A stretch of 64,000 nt of DNA, from assembly GCA_965267575.1 (NCBI GenBank), contig OZ254086.1:2752001-2816000 (forward strand). The letters run 5' to 3'. The stretch comes from Calditrichales bacterium. Lineage in GTDB: Bacteria; Calditrichota; Calditrichia; Calditrichales; J004. Made by a program: the position numbers and the translations under genes. The notes under the pieces were generated by a model that saw only the letters and a list, made by a program, of their open reading frames with translations, was not told the origin of the DNA and ran no database searches. Below, one piece after another: positions 31,698 through 42,097 of the stretch (position 1 is the stretch's first letter; each line of letters opens with the position of its first letter).

Positions 31698-32666
31698 ATG
31701 CGCAGCTTCTTTTTTCTTTTAATCGTTTTTAGTCTTTCCCTGGCCGCCGACATCGATAAGAATTTTCAGAAAAACTTTAATGTCGAGCCGGGTGCTACGT
31801 TGATACTGGAAAGCGGTGACGGTGATGTCTTCGTCCGGGTATGGGATAAATCGGAAATTTCTATTGAGGTCAGGTATTTGCTTGAGGATCGTTATGCTTC
31901 TAAAAGCGCAATACGAGACTTTGATGTGGAATTTGTCCAACGCGGAAAAGACATATTTGTAAAAGGGAACGAATACCGCGAGAAAAGATGGTTTCAGTCC
32001 GGGGCGCGTTACAGGGAATACGTTTATGAGATAAAGGCACCTTCGTTTATAAATGTCGATATATTGGGCGATGACGGAAACGTGGAGATAGAAAATCTTA
32101 ACGGTAATGTCAATTGCAGAGTCGACGACGGGCGGATTTTTATTATGAACTTAAACGGCGACCTGAAGGCTGAGACCGAAGACGGAGACCTGCGCCTGGA
32201 GGCTGTAAAAGGTCGCGTCAGCGTAAAGTCGGAAGATGGCAGTATTCATCTTGATGATATCACCGCCGATGAGGCTGAGATTTCCAGCAAAGACGGTCGC
32301 ATTAAAGGGCGTGCAATTCGCGCTTCCATTTATGCGGCAACCGATGACGGTGATATCACTTTAAGTGAAGTTTCCGGGGAGCGATTAATGGCCCGAAGCA
32401 AAGACGGTGATGTTGAAATAGATGTTGACGGCGCCATTACCGATGTCGATATTTCCACGGATGACGGGCGCATTGTGCTGGATATGCGTGATCCTGTTAA
32501 TGCTGACTTTACCATTCAGTCTAACGACGGTTACATAAGCATGGATCTCAGGGATGTTCAAATAACGCAGGATCGCAAAAACTACCGGCGCGGTGTACTG
32601 GGTGACGGCAAAGGCTCCATAAGGCTGGAATCGCGCGACGGTTCGATTCGGTTTTCTATAAAATAA
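31698..32666 (+). CDS. Exported DUF4097-family beta-strand repeat protein
   Basis: Signal peptide; many (S/T/V)xDGxI/V repeats; GGAGG SD. Confidence 0.8.
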   Translation: MRSFFFLLIVFSLSLAADIDKNFQKNFNVEPGATLILESGDGDVFVRVWDKSEISIEVRYLLEDRYASKSAIRDFDVEFVQRGKDIFVKGNEYREKRWFQSGARYREYVYEIKAPSFINVDILGDDGNVEIENLNGNVNCRVDDGRIFIMNLNGDLKAETEDGDLRLEAVKGRVSVKSEDGSIHLDDITADEAEISSKDGRIKGRAIRASIYAATDDGDITLSEVSGERLMARSKDGDVEIDVDGAITDVDISTDDGRIVLDMRDPVNADFTIQSNDGYISMDLRDVQITQDRKNYRRGVLGDGKGSIRLESRDGSIRFSIK

Positions 32667-32678
32667 AGGCTTAATTTA

Positions 32679-33452
32679 ATGGCTGCTTCAAAACTTAAGG
32701 ACTACAGTTTTATCCTTTCGCTTTGCTTTTTGTGCATCGTTGGCGGCTTTTTCATATACCAGGAAATCGAAAAGCGCAGTGTTTTATTTTATCTTGAGGC
32801 TGTACAGGAAACGGTAGCGGAGATGATCCCCGAGCAGCAGGAGCGTGATAAATTTAACCAGGCGTTCGCCAGTTTTTTGGAGAGGGTCGAAGAGGAAGGA
32901 CTTGAACGTTCCGAGATCGACAGCCTTTCTAAAAAGGTACTTGGCTTACGTTTTAAAAAAGATTCCATTGCTTTTGCAGAGGCCGCCTCGGTAATCCCGG
33001 CAGAGAAACCAGGCGAACCCGATAAGCCGGCCGGCCTTTCGCGCCTTATTGTTGAGGTGCCCAAAGGCGATTGGGATAACGAACGAACAAGCTTTTTGGC
33101 ATCTGTCAGCCTGAATGATTCGCTAAGGAAGGTTGAAAATCAATTCGCCAAAGTGCTGAATAAACTGGAAACACAGGTGTCATTACGTGAGCAAAGCCAC
33201 GAGAGCGTGATTAAGGAACTGCAACAATCAGCGGAACGCGTGACCCGACTGGAGCTTCAGCTTTCCAAATTGAAGGGCGGAAATAGAGAGGCCTGGCAGG
33301 AGGTTGAACGAAAGCTTGCCATTGAGCTGCAGAAACTGAAAGAACGCAGTATAAACGTTCAAAAGGAAATTGTGGATATTAAAAGACTTGAGAAGGAAAT
33401 TGAAAAGCAAAAAGCAGCCATTAAAGTTGAAGCAAGTCCTGATGCACCCTAG
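32679..33452 (+). CDS. Hypothetical membrane-anchored coiled-coil protein
   Basis: One N-terminal TM helix; E/K/Q-rich heptads in the C-terminal half. Confidence 0.7.
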   Translation: MAASKLKDYSFILSLCFLCIVGGFFIYQEIEKRSVLFYLEAVQETVAEMIPEQQERDKFNQAFASFLERVEEEGLERSEIDSLSKKVLGLRFKKDSIAFAEAASVIPAEKPGEPDKPAGLSRLIVEVPKGDWDNERTSFLASVSLNDSLRKVENQFAKVLNKLETQVSLREQSHESVIKELQQSAERVTRLELQLSKLKGGNREAWQEVERKLAIELQKLKERSINVQKEIVDIKRLEKEIEKQKAAIKVEASPDAP

Positions 33453-33516
33453 TTGATGGTTTTTATTTTAGCGGGCCATGGTTATATTCCATCACGCTAA
33501 ATCAGGACGATTCGTT

Positions 33517-34491
33517 ATGCGCATATTTTTGTTAATTTTATTTTTCTTTGCCAGCCTTACTGCATCAGAGCAAAAATTTGCCCGCATTGCACATTTTACA
33601 TTCGAAAACGGAAGCGTCGCAGACACGCTGCTCGTCGGTTATCGTACGTTCGGCAATTTAAATGACGATTCTTCCAATGTTATAGTGCTTCCTACTTATT
33701 TCAGCGGACGCTCCGCCTCCGTGAGTAACCTGGTTGGCCCCGGCAAGCTGATAGATTCGACACACTATTACATTATTATTGTGGACGCGCTGGGCAACGG
33801 CGTATCTGCGTCACCATCCAATTTCGCGGCAATGCCGGCCTTTACAATCGGTGACATGGTGCAGAGCCAGTATCTGCTGTTGACCGCGCATTTCAAATTT
33901 AAAAAGGTTTACGCGCTGTTGGGCGGCTCTATGGGAGGCATGCAGGTCTTTGAATGGCAAAAACGTTATCCTTGGTTTTTCAGTAAAGCGGTTTCTTATG
34001 TTTCAACACCACGACCCGCTGTTTATGACCAGCATTACTGGGGAATGCAGCGTTACCTCATCGAGTCGGGCAGGGCGACCGGACTACCCGATTCCGTAAT
34101 ACGCGGAAACCTGAATCTGACGCAAAATATACAGGCCACATCACCGGACTATATCAATGACCGCGTCCAACGCGACGAGTTTGATAGCTACTTCGAGAAA
34201 ATGATAAACGCCGCTCCCGGTGTTTTTACGATCGATAACTGGCTTGCCCAGGTTAATGCGATGCTTAGTCTTAATGCCTTGCCCGGGAGCGATAGCAAAT
34301 GGTCTTCAATGAAGGAGCGGTTTTTAATCATCGTTTCCGCCAATGACCGGCTGGTTACACCTCAGCCTGCGATTTCATACGCAAAAACTTATGATTGCAG
34401 TCTGGTCATACTGGAAAATGAATGCGGCCATTACGCCGTCGGTTGCGAGTTGGCGCGCTGTGCTCACATTATAGAAAACTTTTTACAATAA
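33517..34491 (+). CDS. Exported alpha/beta hydrolase of the homoserine O-acyltransferase-like family
   Basis: Signal peptide MRIFLLILFFFASLTA; YRTFGNLN, DALGNG, TIGDMV, GGSMGGMQ, ND, GH. Confidence 0.75.
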   Translation: MRIFLLILFFFASLTASEQKFARIAHFTFENGSVADTLLVGYRTFGNLNDDSSNVIVLPTYFSGRSASVSNLVGPGKLIDSTHYYIIIVDALGNGVSASPSNFAAMPAFTIGDMVQSQYLLLTAHFKFKKVYALLGGSMGGMQVFEWQKRYPWFFSKAVSYVSTPRPAVYDQHYWGMQRYLIESGRATGLPDSVIRGNLNLTQNIQATSPDYINDRVQRDEFDSYFEKMINAAPGVFTIDNWLAQVNAMLSLNALPGSDSKWSSMKERFLIIVSANDRLVTPQPAISYAKTYDCSLVILENECGHYAVGCELARCAHIIENFLQ

Positions 34492-34502
34492 GGAGGTTCA
34501 TT

Positions 34503-34706
34503 GTGGAAAAGATTGCCTACGCGTTGCTGGGCTTTGTCGCGGTGGTCTGGATTCTTGGGATGATTGCCGGCATGGTTGCTGCCTGGCCGTTCGGCTTTTT
34601 CGGGCTTATCGCTATTGTGGCTTTTGGTTTATTGCTGATAAAGGTGATAAAAGAAAGACTATCCAACAAAGAAGATGATTATTACGAAAAAAACGTTCAA
34701 CAGTAA
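34503..34706 (+). CDS. Small two-TM membrane protein
   Basis: AGGAGG SD before GTG; two hydrophobic helices; KERLSNKEDDYY tail. Confidence 0.72.
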   Translation: MEKIAYALLGFVAVVWILGMIAGMVAAWPFGFFGLIAIVAFGLLLIKVIKERLSNKEDDYYEKNVQQ

Positions 34707-34714
34707 GGTGCACA

Positions 34715-35035
34715 ATGAAGATAACAACGCAGGATAATTTTTCGGAGTATGAAATTACAGAAACCCTAGGAGTTGTGAGGGGAAACACCATTCGCGCCCG
34801 CCATATTGGTAAAGATATACTGGCCACGTTAAGAAATGTTGTAGGTGGTGAAATTAGCGAGTATACTAAGATGCTGGCCGAAGCAAGGGAGCAGTCCCTG
34901 GACCGCATGAAAAAAAATGCCGCCGATCTTGGAGCGGATGGTATAGTAGGAGTGCGTTTTATGACATCCGCGGTAATGCAGGGTGCGGCCGAACTGCTCG
35001 CTTTTGGTACGGCGGTAAAGATAAAGAAAAAATGA
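34715..35035 (+). CDS. YbjQ/UPF0145 family protein
   Basis: LGVVRGN, RNVVGGEISEYT, GADGIVGVRF, GTAV. Confidence 0.9.
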   Translation: MKITTQDNFSEYEITETLGVVRGNTIRARHIGKDILATLRNVVGGEISEYTKMLAEAREQSLDRMKKNAADLGADGIVGVRFMTSAVMQGAAELLAFGTAVKIKKK

Positions 35036-35042
35036 GGCACGT

Positions 35043-35405
35043 ATGGCAAGACCGGTAGATCTTAAGCAATTAATCAGACTTATTCACGATCAAAAAGACG
35101 TTGAAGCGAATCTTATCCTGGACGAAGGCTGCGTAATTCATACCGAAGATGCGGCTCCCCTCGTTAAGGTCATCAACTATTTTATGAATTACCTGAGCGG
35201 TTTAACCGACAGGCCTCTTGAGATTGCCCTGGATCTTATGCCCGGTTCTTTTTTGCTGAGCCTGATGGCCTTTACGGACAAGCAGGAGCTTGACCAGCTA
35301 AGTGATAACCTGGAAGGCGCGCTAAAAGACTATAATGCCTCTTTTGAAGTGAAGCACGACCAGGGAAATTACGTGCAGATAAAAATAAGTTTTTCCAACA
35401 ATTGA
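35043..35405 (+). CDS. Hypothetical protein
   Basis: GAGG SD; operon-like spacing after the YbjQ gene. Confidence 0.65.
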   Translation: MARPVDLKQLIRLIHDQKDVEANLILDEGCVIHTEDAAPLVKVINYFMNYLSGLTDRPLEIALDLMPGSFLLSLMAFTDKQELDQLSDNLEGALKDYNASFEVKHDQGNYVQIKISFSNN

Positions 35406-35418
35406 GAATCCCTTCGAT

Positions 35419-35443
35419 GTAACAAAGCAGGGCAGCCTCCGTA
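35419..35443 (+). promoter_or_regulatory. ECF-type promoter motif
   Basis: GTAAC-16 nt-CGTA. Confidence 0.55.
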
Positions 35444-35474
35444 TCACAAGCAAAAGAACTGCAAGGAGGTTGCC

Positions 35475-37205
35475 ATGCGTCGTTTATTATTATTCTCTTT
35501 CATTTTCGCCTTTTGGGGCGGGAATGCTTTTGCGCAGGAAGCACTTGTTTCCATGGAGCGTTTTTACCCCGAACAACTGGAAGTTGCAGGTTTCACACTG
35601 GACACTGAAACCGAGATTCTTATAGAAGCTTCTTCGCTACAGCCCTACCGCAACAGAAGATCCAAACCCGTTAACGATGCCTGGATTCTAAACAGCGACT
35701 CCCGCGAAATCGTCTGGGAGATGCGCTACGCCGATGACGTTGACCGCGATCGTGATATTATCCGTTTTGCCAACCGCGTAACGTTGCCTCCCGGCAATTA
35801 TGAGGCTTACTTTTCCAGCTATGTAAACAATTATTATTTTAACGATTGGGATGACCACCCCGGCGATTTTTTTGACAATCTGTTTGGACACATCTTTTAT
35901 GACCATGATGATCCGCGACGCCTCGATTATGACGAGCTTTATTTCCGAGTGAGCGGCAACGGCCGTCCCGTTGATGAGCAGACTGTTTTCAACTGGCAGG
36001 AGCAAGCCAAGGATAATGCCTTAATCAACTGGACCAATTTGCGCGATGATGCCTATTTTGAAAAGATCCTGTATGTGACCGCAGAAGCGGAAATTAGTAT
36101 TTATGCCCTGGGCGAAGCGCGGGATGACGGCGCTTATGACTTCGGGCAACTGATACGCCTGGACAACCGGGACAAAGTGTGGGAGTTGGACTACCGTAAA
36201 TCCGGTCACGCAGGCGGTGCGACGAAAAACCGCCTGAGCGATGAAGTGGTGAGGTTATCTCCCGGTTATTACAAGATATTTTATGTAACCGACGATTCGC
36301 ACAGCTACCGACGCTGGAACTCGTCACCTCCTTATGACCCTGCTTTTTGGGGCATCGTTATTAAGCCGGAGTCGGACAATGCGGCACAAAGCATCCAGGT
36401 AATCGATGATGAAGAATATTCCCGGCAGCATCCGACCGTGGTCGAGTTTGAGCGTGTGGGTGATAACGATTATCGCATGGAAGGCTTCACATTGAAAAAA
36501 GAGTTGAAGCTTCATATCTACGCGCTGGGTGAGGGACGCGACGGCGACATGTATGATTATGGCTGGATCGTTGAAGCCAAATCCCGTGATCGTGTCTGGG
36601 AAATGGATTATTTTGATACGGAAAACGCCGGTGGTGCAGATAAGAACCGCCTTTTTGATGGCATAATAACTTTACCGGCCGGTGACTATACGGCCTATTA
36701 CGTAACCGACGGATCGCATTCTTACATCCACTGGAACAGCGGTAAACCGGTTAACCCGCGCAAGTGGGGTATGACGATCAGCGTTATTGATGAAAACTAT
36801 ACCGAGGGCGATGTTGTTGCCTATGAGCCTACTGAGGACAAAGATGTTCTGGCGCGTATTATCCGCGTAGAAGATCATGACAGGGCGCGCAGTACATTTA
36901 AACTGGAGCAGGACAGCTGGGTGCATATTTATGCCATGGGCGAAGGCCTGCATAATGAAATGTACGATTATGCCTGGATTGAAGACGCGCGTGGTGGACG
37001 AATCGTGTGGGAGATGACCTACCGTATGACGCGTAATGCCGGCGGGGCGCGAAAAAACCGCCTTTTTAATGACCGCATTTATCTTGAAGCCGGTGAATAT
37101 GAAGTGCACTACCGTTCGGACGATTCACACAGTTTCTCGCACTGGAATGATGACCCTCCTTACGATCCGTTTAATTACGGAATCACTGTTACACTGGCCA
37201 AATAA
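35475..37205 (+). CDS. Exported protein with four tandem ~130-aa repeats of unknown function
   Basis: Signal peptide ending AFA; repeats IYA(L/M)GE...YD...VWE...AGGAxKNRL...YxxDxSHS...W. Confidence 0.85.
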   Translation: MRRLLLFSFIFAFWGGNAFAQEALVSMERFYPEQLEVAGFTLDTETEILIEASSLQPYRNRRSKPVNDAWILNSDSREIVWEMRYADDVDRDRDIIRFANRVTLPPGNYEAYFSSYVNNYYFNDWDDHPGDFFDNLFGHIFYDHDDPRRLDYDELYFRVSGNGRPVDEQTVFNWQEQAKDNALINWTNLRDDAYFEKILYVTAEAEISIYALGEARDDGAYDFGQLIRLDNRDKVWELDYRKSGHAGGATKNRLSDEVVRLSPGYYKIFYVTDDSHSYRRWNSSPPYDPAFWGIVIKPESDNAAQSIQVIDDEEYSRQHPTVVEFERVGDNDYRMEGFTLKKELKLHIYALGEGRDGDMYDYGWIVEAKSRDRVWEMDYFDTENAGGADKNRLFDGIITLPAGDYTAYYVTDGSHSYIHWNSGKPVNPRKWGMTISVIDENYTEGDVVAYEPTEDKDVLARIIRVEDHDRARSTFKLEQDSWVHIYAMGEGLHNEMYDYAWIEDARGGRIVWEMTYRMTRNAGGARKNRLFNDRIYLEAGEYEVHYRSDDSHSFSHWNDDPPYDPFNYGITVTLAK

Positions 37206-37215
37206 ACTGCACGTG

Positions 37216-37244
37216 AAAGCCCGGTATCTGCCGGGCTTTTTTTT
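37216..37244 (+). terminator. Intrinsic terminator
   Basis: AAAGCCCGG-TATCTG-CCGGGCTTTTTTTT. Confidence 0.85.
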
Positions 37245-37318
37245 AACTTTTTCTGGAATTTTTACCACTTCCCCTTAATTTACCGTTTTTCATATCTTTG
37301 AAAATAAAAGGGGAGAAC

Positions 37319-38653
37319 ATGGCAAAGTCAGCAAACAACACATCCAATTCACCTATCCAGGAGTTTATTCACAGTGAAAGCGCTTCCGGCATTTTCCTGA
37401 TCATTGCGGCAGCATTGGCATTGATCTGGGCTAATACACCGGCTGCCGGCTTTTACACGGCTATGCTGCAGGTGCCGGTGCAACTCGGCTTTGGCGCGCT
37501 GCTGATCGATAAGCCGCTTATCCTTTGGGTTAACGATGGTTTGATGGCCATATTTTTTCTGCTGGTTGGCCTGGAGATAAAACGTGAATTGATTTACGGT
37601 GAGCTGAGCACGTTCAAAGCAGCCATGTTGCCCATGTTTGCCGCCGTCGGTGGGGTGGTTGTACCCGCGGCCATTTATATTGCCATGAATGGCGGTACTG
37701 AGTTTGAAGCGGGCTGGGCTATACCCATGGCCACGGATATCGCCTTCGCGCTGGGGATTCTCTCGCTGCTGGGTTCACGCGTGCCGGTTTGGGCCAAGGT
37801 GTTCCTGACGGCGCTGGCGATTGTGGACGACCTGATGGCCATTCTCGTTATTGCCGTTTTTTACACGGCCAAAATCAGCTTTGCCGCACTGGGCTGGAGC
37901 TTTTTCTTCTTCGCCGTCCTCATCGTTCTAAATATGTTCCGTGTAAATCGCCTCGCTCCTTACATGATTGTGGGATTCTTTATGTGGGTAGCGATGCTGA
38001 AATCGGGTGTGCACGCTACAATTGCAGGTGTGATGCTGGGCTTTGCCATCCCTGTTGCGCGCAGCAGCTTTTTGAAAGATATGGTCGACGGGCTCAAGCG
38101 CCAGATAGCTAATCTGGAAGCTTCGATTAAAAATGACAAAGGTGAGCATCCTGCCGATGAAGTAAAAGAGACGGCATTGAATTATTTTTCCGATGTGGTG
38201 GTCAAGACAGAATCGCCGCTGCACCGGCTGGAGCACAAGCTGCATCCCTGGGTGGCCTTTTTCATCATGCCTGTGTTTGCGCTTTTTAACGCCGGGGTAA
38301 CTTTTAACGCAGCCATGCTTGGTGAGGCATTCAGTTCCACATTGACCTGGGGTATTATCCTGGGATTGTTTGTCGGCAAACAGATTGGTATTTTTGCCTT
38401 TACATTTATCGCGCAAAAAATGGGCTTTAGCTCGTTTGAGCCCAATGCGAACAATCAAAAGATCCTGTATGGCCTGGGACTTTTGGGAGGCATCGGTTTT
38501 ACCATGTCGCTGTTTATCGCTAACCTGGCCTTCAGCGATCCGGCGGTTCTCGATTTTGCGCGCATAGGCATCTTTGTGGCCTCCTTTTTCAGCGCGGTGA
38601 TCGGATATATGATTCTGCGCAGTGTCCCGGAAACTAAAGAGAGCAGAGCATGA
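37319..38653 (+). CDS. nhaA: Na+/H+ antiporter NhaA
   Basis: WVNDGLMAIFF, GLEIKRE, ATDIAF, LAIVDD, SGVHAT, GIGFTMSLF. Confidence 0.96.
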   Translation: MAKSANNTSNSPIQEFIHSESASGIFLIIAAALALIWANTPAAGFYTAMLQVPVQLGFGALLIDKPLILWVNDGLMAIFFLLVGLEIKRELIYGELSTFKAAMLPMFAAVGGVVVPAAIYIAMNGGTEFEAGWAIPMATDIAFALGILSLLGSRVPVWAKVFLTALAIVDDLMAILVIAVFYTAKISFAALGWSFFFFAVLIVLNMFRVNRLAPYMIVGFFMWVAMLKSGVHATIAGVMLGFAIPVARSSFLKDMVDGLKRQIANLEASIKNDKGEHPADEVKETALNYFSDVVVKTESPLHRLEHKLHPWVAFFIMPVFALFNAGVTFNAAMLGEAFSSTLTWGIILGLFVGKQIGIFAFTFIAQKMGFSSFEPNANNQKILYGLGLLGGIGFTMSLFIANLAFSDPAVLDFARIGIFVASFFSAVIGYMILRSVPETKESRA

Positions 38654-39066
38654 CACACAAAATTTTTACCGCCTTTATATTTGCTTCAATATTCGCCGTT
38701 TCCTGTAATGCTCAGGATGGGGCGCAGGGGGCAAAGATAACAATTCAAGAACGGTTGCATCACTTTGGCGAGGTGCAATCGGACACGCTGTTGAGCCACA
38801 CCTTTACCTTTGAAAACAGCGGCAGTGATACGCTGGTGGTGGAAGAGCTTTCCGCCAGTTGCGGCTGCACCGCGGCCCTGCTGGACAACGCCAGGCTGGC
38901 CCCAGGCGAAAAAGGCGAAGTGAAGGTAACGCTGAATACGCGCGGCAAAAGGGGCAATGTGCGCCAGAGCGTGGACATTTTTACCAATGATGAAAACGCC
39001 TGGTTTGTGACGGTTTTTGTTGAAGCGACGGTTCTTCCAAAACAGAAGCCGCACAGTGCAAAATAA
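38650..39066 (+). CDS. DUF1573 domain protein
   Basis: FTFENSG...SCGCT...LAPGEKG. Confidence 0.85.
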   Translation: MTHKIFTAFIFASIFAVSCNAQDGAQGAKITIQERLHHFGEVQSDTLLSHTFTFENSGSDTLVVEELSASCGCTAALLDNARLAPGEKGEVKVTLNTRGKRGNVRQSVDIFTNDENAWFVTVFVEATVLPKQKPHSAK

Positions 39067-39946
39067 CCGCAAGGCTTATCTTTTTACCGCGCTGGCCATT
39101 CTTTTCTGGGCCACGGCCGCCAGTGCCTTTAAGATTGCCCTAGCGCAGGTCTCACCGTTTGTTCTGCTTTTTTATAGCGCGTTTTTCTCGCTGCTGATCC
39201 TTGGTGGCGTTTTAGTGGCTCAAAAGAAATTGCGCCTGCTCAAAGCCGGCCCTTCCTTCTGGATACACTCTGCGCTGGCCGGTTTTCTCAATCCATTTCT
39301 CTACTATTTTATACTGTTTCAGGCTTACGACCGTCTGCCCGGGCAGGTGGCCATGGCTTTAAATTATTTATGGCCGATTGTCTTAATGCTGTTGGCCATT
39401 CCGCTGCTGCGCCAGTCGGTTTCCTCGCGCCAGGTGCTGGCAATCCTGATCAGTTTTGGCGGCTCGCTGATTATTGCCACCAAAGGACAGATTACCGTTT
39501 TCAGCGGGCTGGACGGTCCGGGCGTGGCGCTGGCGCTGGGCAGCACCGTCATCTGGGCGCTGTTCTGGCTTATCAATACCCGCGATAAGCACGACCCCGT
39601 TTTGAAGCTGTTTGGAGGATTTGTATTTGGCGCTTTCTACAGCCTGCTGCCAATGCTGATCACGGAAGGTTTTGTAGTGCCGCAGTTTATGGCTACGGCG
39701 GCATTGCTTTACATCGGCGCGTTTGAAATGGGCTTCACCTTTGTGCTCTGGCTCAGCGCGCTCAAATACGCCGAACGCGCCGCCCAGGTGGGACAGCTTA
39801 TCTACATCACACCCTTTTTATCGCTGCTCTTTTTATGGCTGATTATTGATGAGGCGATTTATCTTTCCACGGTCGCAGGGCTGGTCTTAATAGTTGGCGG
39901 AATTATGCTGAATCAAAAGAAAAAAAAGCCGGCCCGGCAGGCGTGA
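39056..39946 (+). CDS. DMT/EamA family transporter
   Basis: About 10 TM helices; LNYLWP, IYITPFLS. Confidence 0.85.
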   Translation: MQNNRKAYLFTALAILFWATAASAFKIALAQVSPFVLLFYSAFFSLLILGGVLVAQKKLRLLKAGPSFWIHSALAGFLNPFLYYFILFQAYDRLPGQVAMALNYLWPIVLMLLAIPLLRQSVSSRQVLAILISFGGSLIIATKGQITVFSGLDGPGVALALGSTVIWALFWLINTRDKHDPVLKLFGGFVFGAFYSLLPMLITEGFVVPQFMATAALLYIGAFEMGFTFVLWLSALKYAERAAQVGQLIYITPFLSLLFLWLIIDEAIYLSTVAGLVLIVGGIMLNQKKKKPARQA

Positions 39947-39970
39947 TATGCGCGGCAACCGGCTTATTAC

Positions 39971-41104
39971 TCAAAACGTGTAGTCGCCACCCAGGCTTAA
40001 CCATGTGCGCTGCATAGTTTCCGAAGAGCTAAAATGGCTGTCGGCAATTTCTAAACGCAGGCCTACAGGCCCGGTTGTGTATTGCACACCGAAGTGCAAA
40101 ATGGTGCGGTCCTGCTCTTCAAAAAGGGAATCATACTCTTTGCTTAATTCGCGTTCTGTTACAAGAACGCCGGCTGTCCACTGCCACATCGGATTTATTG
40201 TATTTATTACGTGGAAGCCTGTTTCATATAACCCGTCAAGCGCGTCATTGGCCCGGTTCGTTGTCCTTATTGCAAACGAAGAAGCCATTCGCCATGATTC
40301 TGATGGTTTTATCTGAAAAGAAAGAAACAGTTTATCGTCGCGATGAACAATGTACTCTGTACTTCGGCTTGTGTAATTAACAACGTTTGTGTCAATTACA
40401 GAAACCAATCCTGAATCATTGCGCCACGAATCTTCAAAATTGCTGCTCAAGTTATATAAAACACCGATTTCAAAAATATCAAATTCGAAATTTACACCCG
40501 CCTGTGCTGAGAAAGCTCCTGACGACTCGTCAATATTTAATCGCCATACGTGCTCCTTTATCTCAAAAAGATTATAATTTATCCGGGCACCGATGCTCAA
40601 TTTTTCGCTCAGTTCGTATCCTGCGCCGAGCCCAAAATTATGAATGACATTGCTTCTCTCAAAAGTGTAGTACTCACCTGTTCCTTCCGGCTGATTCACG
40701 GTGCTTATTTCAAACTTGTCCGATATCTTTGATTCGTAAGAACGGTGATAAGAAACAGCCAGCGCACCCCTCGGGAAGGGGAGAATAAATCCAACAGAAG
40801 CAGGAATTACGGGCGAATAGCTTTGCTCACCTTTACCAATAATAAATTCATCAACGTCCGTTGCATAGTCAAAGCGAACTCCGGCTACCATCTTGTTAAA
40901 GCCCACCAAAGCAGCCGGGCTGCTGCTACCGGCTTCACCGGGAGCAACGGAAAACAAATTGCTAAACCCAATAGCGTGGCTGTTCTCAACAGCGTAACCG
41001 AAAGCCGGTAAAGCGAGGGATTGGCTAACCCGCGTGAGATCGCCGGCCAATACGTTTAAACCTGTAAATAAAATCGCAAAAACGATCAGGCAGAATCTTT
41101 TCAT
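39971..41104 (-). CDS. Putative outer-membrane beta-barrel protein (FadL-like)
   Basis: Signal peptide; SPAALV; alternating beta strands; C-terminal DYTF. Confidence 0.6.
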   Translation of the reverse strand: MKRFCLIVFAILFTGLNVLAGDLTRVSQSLALPAFGYAVENSHAIGFSNLFSVAPGEAGSSSPAALVGFNKMVAGVRFDYATDVDEFIIGKGEQSYSPVIPASVGFILPFPRGALAVSYHRSYESKISDKFEISTVNQPEGTGEYYTFERSNVIHNFGLGAGYELSEKLSIGARINYNLFEIKEHVWRLNIDESSGAFSAQAGVNFEFDIFEIGVLYNLSSNFEDSWRNDSGLVSVIDTNVVNYTSRSTEYIVHRDDKLFLSFQIKPSESWRMASSFAIRTTNRANDALDGLYETGFHVINTINPMWQWTAGVLVTERELSKEYDSLFEEQDRTILHFGVQYTTGPVGLRLEIADSHFSSSETMQRTWLSLGGDYTF

Positions 41105-41180
41105 GGTAAAATCCTTTTTAGCAATACCGCCATCCGGGCCTTTTAGGGAAGTCTCCTAAAACAATTTCCGGCTATATAAA

Positions 41181-42083
41181 TTAGTGCCCGCTCAGTGGTT
41201 GCCCGGCAATAGTTACCTTTGTGCGATAAACCGCGTTGGTCTCGTCCTCTGTCACGTAGACCGTTTTCAAATCGGGCCCGGCAAACTCGATATTGCTGGG
41301 TTGCTTGCCGGGTGCCGGCTGCTCCTGGATAATCGTACCATCCGGCGCAATGACGTAAATGGTGCCGCCACCAAAATGCGGGATATAGAGATTGCCTTCC
41401 ACATCAAAAGCTAAACCATCGGGATCGCCACCCGGCAACGCGATGAAAACCTCTTTGTCCGCCAGGCTGCCATCTTCGTTTATGGTAAAACGCAGTACCT
41501 GCTCGCGCGCCGATTCACTCAGGTATAGCTTACCGTCTCTTGGCGAAATGGCGATACCATTGGGAAAAGTGAGTCCGTCGGCAACAAGCGTGGCTTCGCC
41601 CGTTTCGCCATTTATATAAAAAACGCGTCCGTCTTCAATATCGCGGCCATAGCTTTTGGGATCGCTGATGTAGAGGTTGCCTTTTTTATCAAACACCAGG
41701 TCATTGGGTCGGTTAAAGGCGGAATCACCGTCGCCGCTGCAGAAGATCTCCACGTCCGCCTGTTCGGACATGCGCAAGACCGCGCCAATTCCAAAATCAC
41801 AGCCGTAGAGATAGCCGTCCGGTCCCACAGTAAGGCCGTTTGTTTTTTGGAATATACTGTCGCTGTCGGTTAAAAATGTATCAACAACGCCGCTGCTGTA
41901 CCGTGTAATCCAGCCGCCGTTGCAGTTGGAGACGTAGAGCGTTCCGTCATAGTCCCAGGCCGGCCCTTCCGGGAAAGCCAGGTTATCGGCCACTTTTTCC
42001 CAGGTGCCGCCAAAAGGCTTTTGTGCCTCGCATGAAACAATCGCAAATAAAATAAAAGCTAAAAAAAGTAGGATGTAGCGCAT
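41181..42083 (-). CDS. SMP-30/gluconolactonase family lipoprotein
   Basis: FPEGP, RPNDL, FPNGIA, PDGLAFD, PSNIEF; lipobox IVSC. Confidence 0.9.
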   Translation of the reverse strand: MRYILLFLAFILFAIVSCEAQKPFGGTWEKVADNLAFPEGPAWDYDGTLYVSNCNGGWITRYSSGVVDTFLTDSDSIFQKTNGLTVGPDGYLYGCDFGIGAVLRMSEQADVEIFCSGDGDSAFNRPNDLVFDKKGNLYISDPKSYGRDIEDGRVFYINGETGEATLVADGLTFPNGIAISPRDGKLYLSESAREQVLRFTINEDGSLADKEVFIALPGGDPDGLAFDVEGNLYIPHFGGGTIYVIAPDGTIIQEQPAPGKQPSNIEFAGPDLKTVYVTEDETNAVYRTKVTIAGQPLSGH

Positions 42084-42097
42084 GTCAGGTTCCTTAT

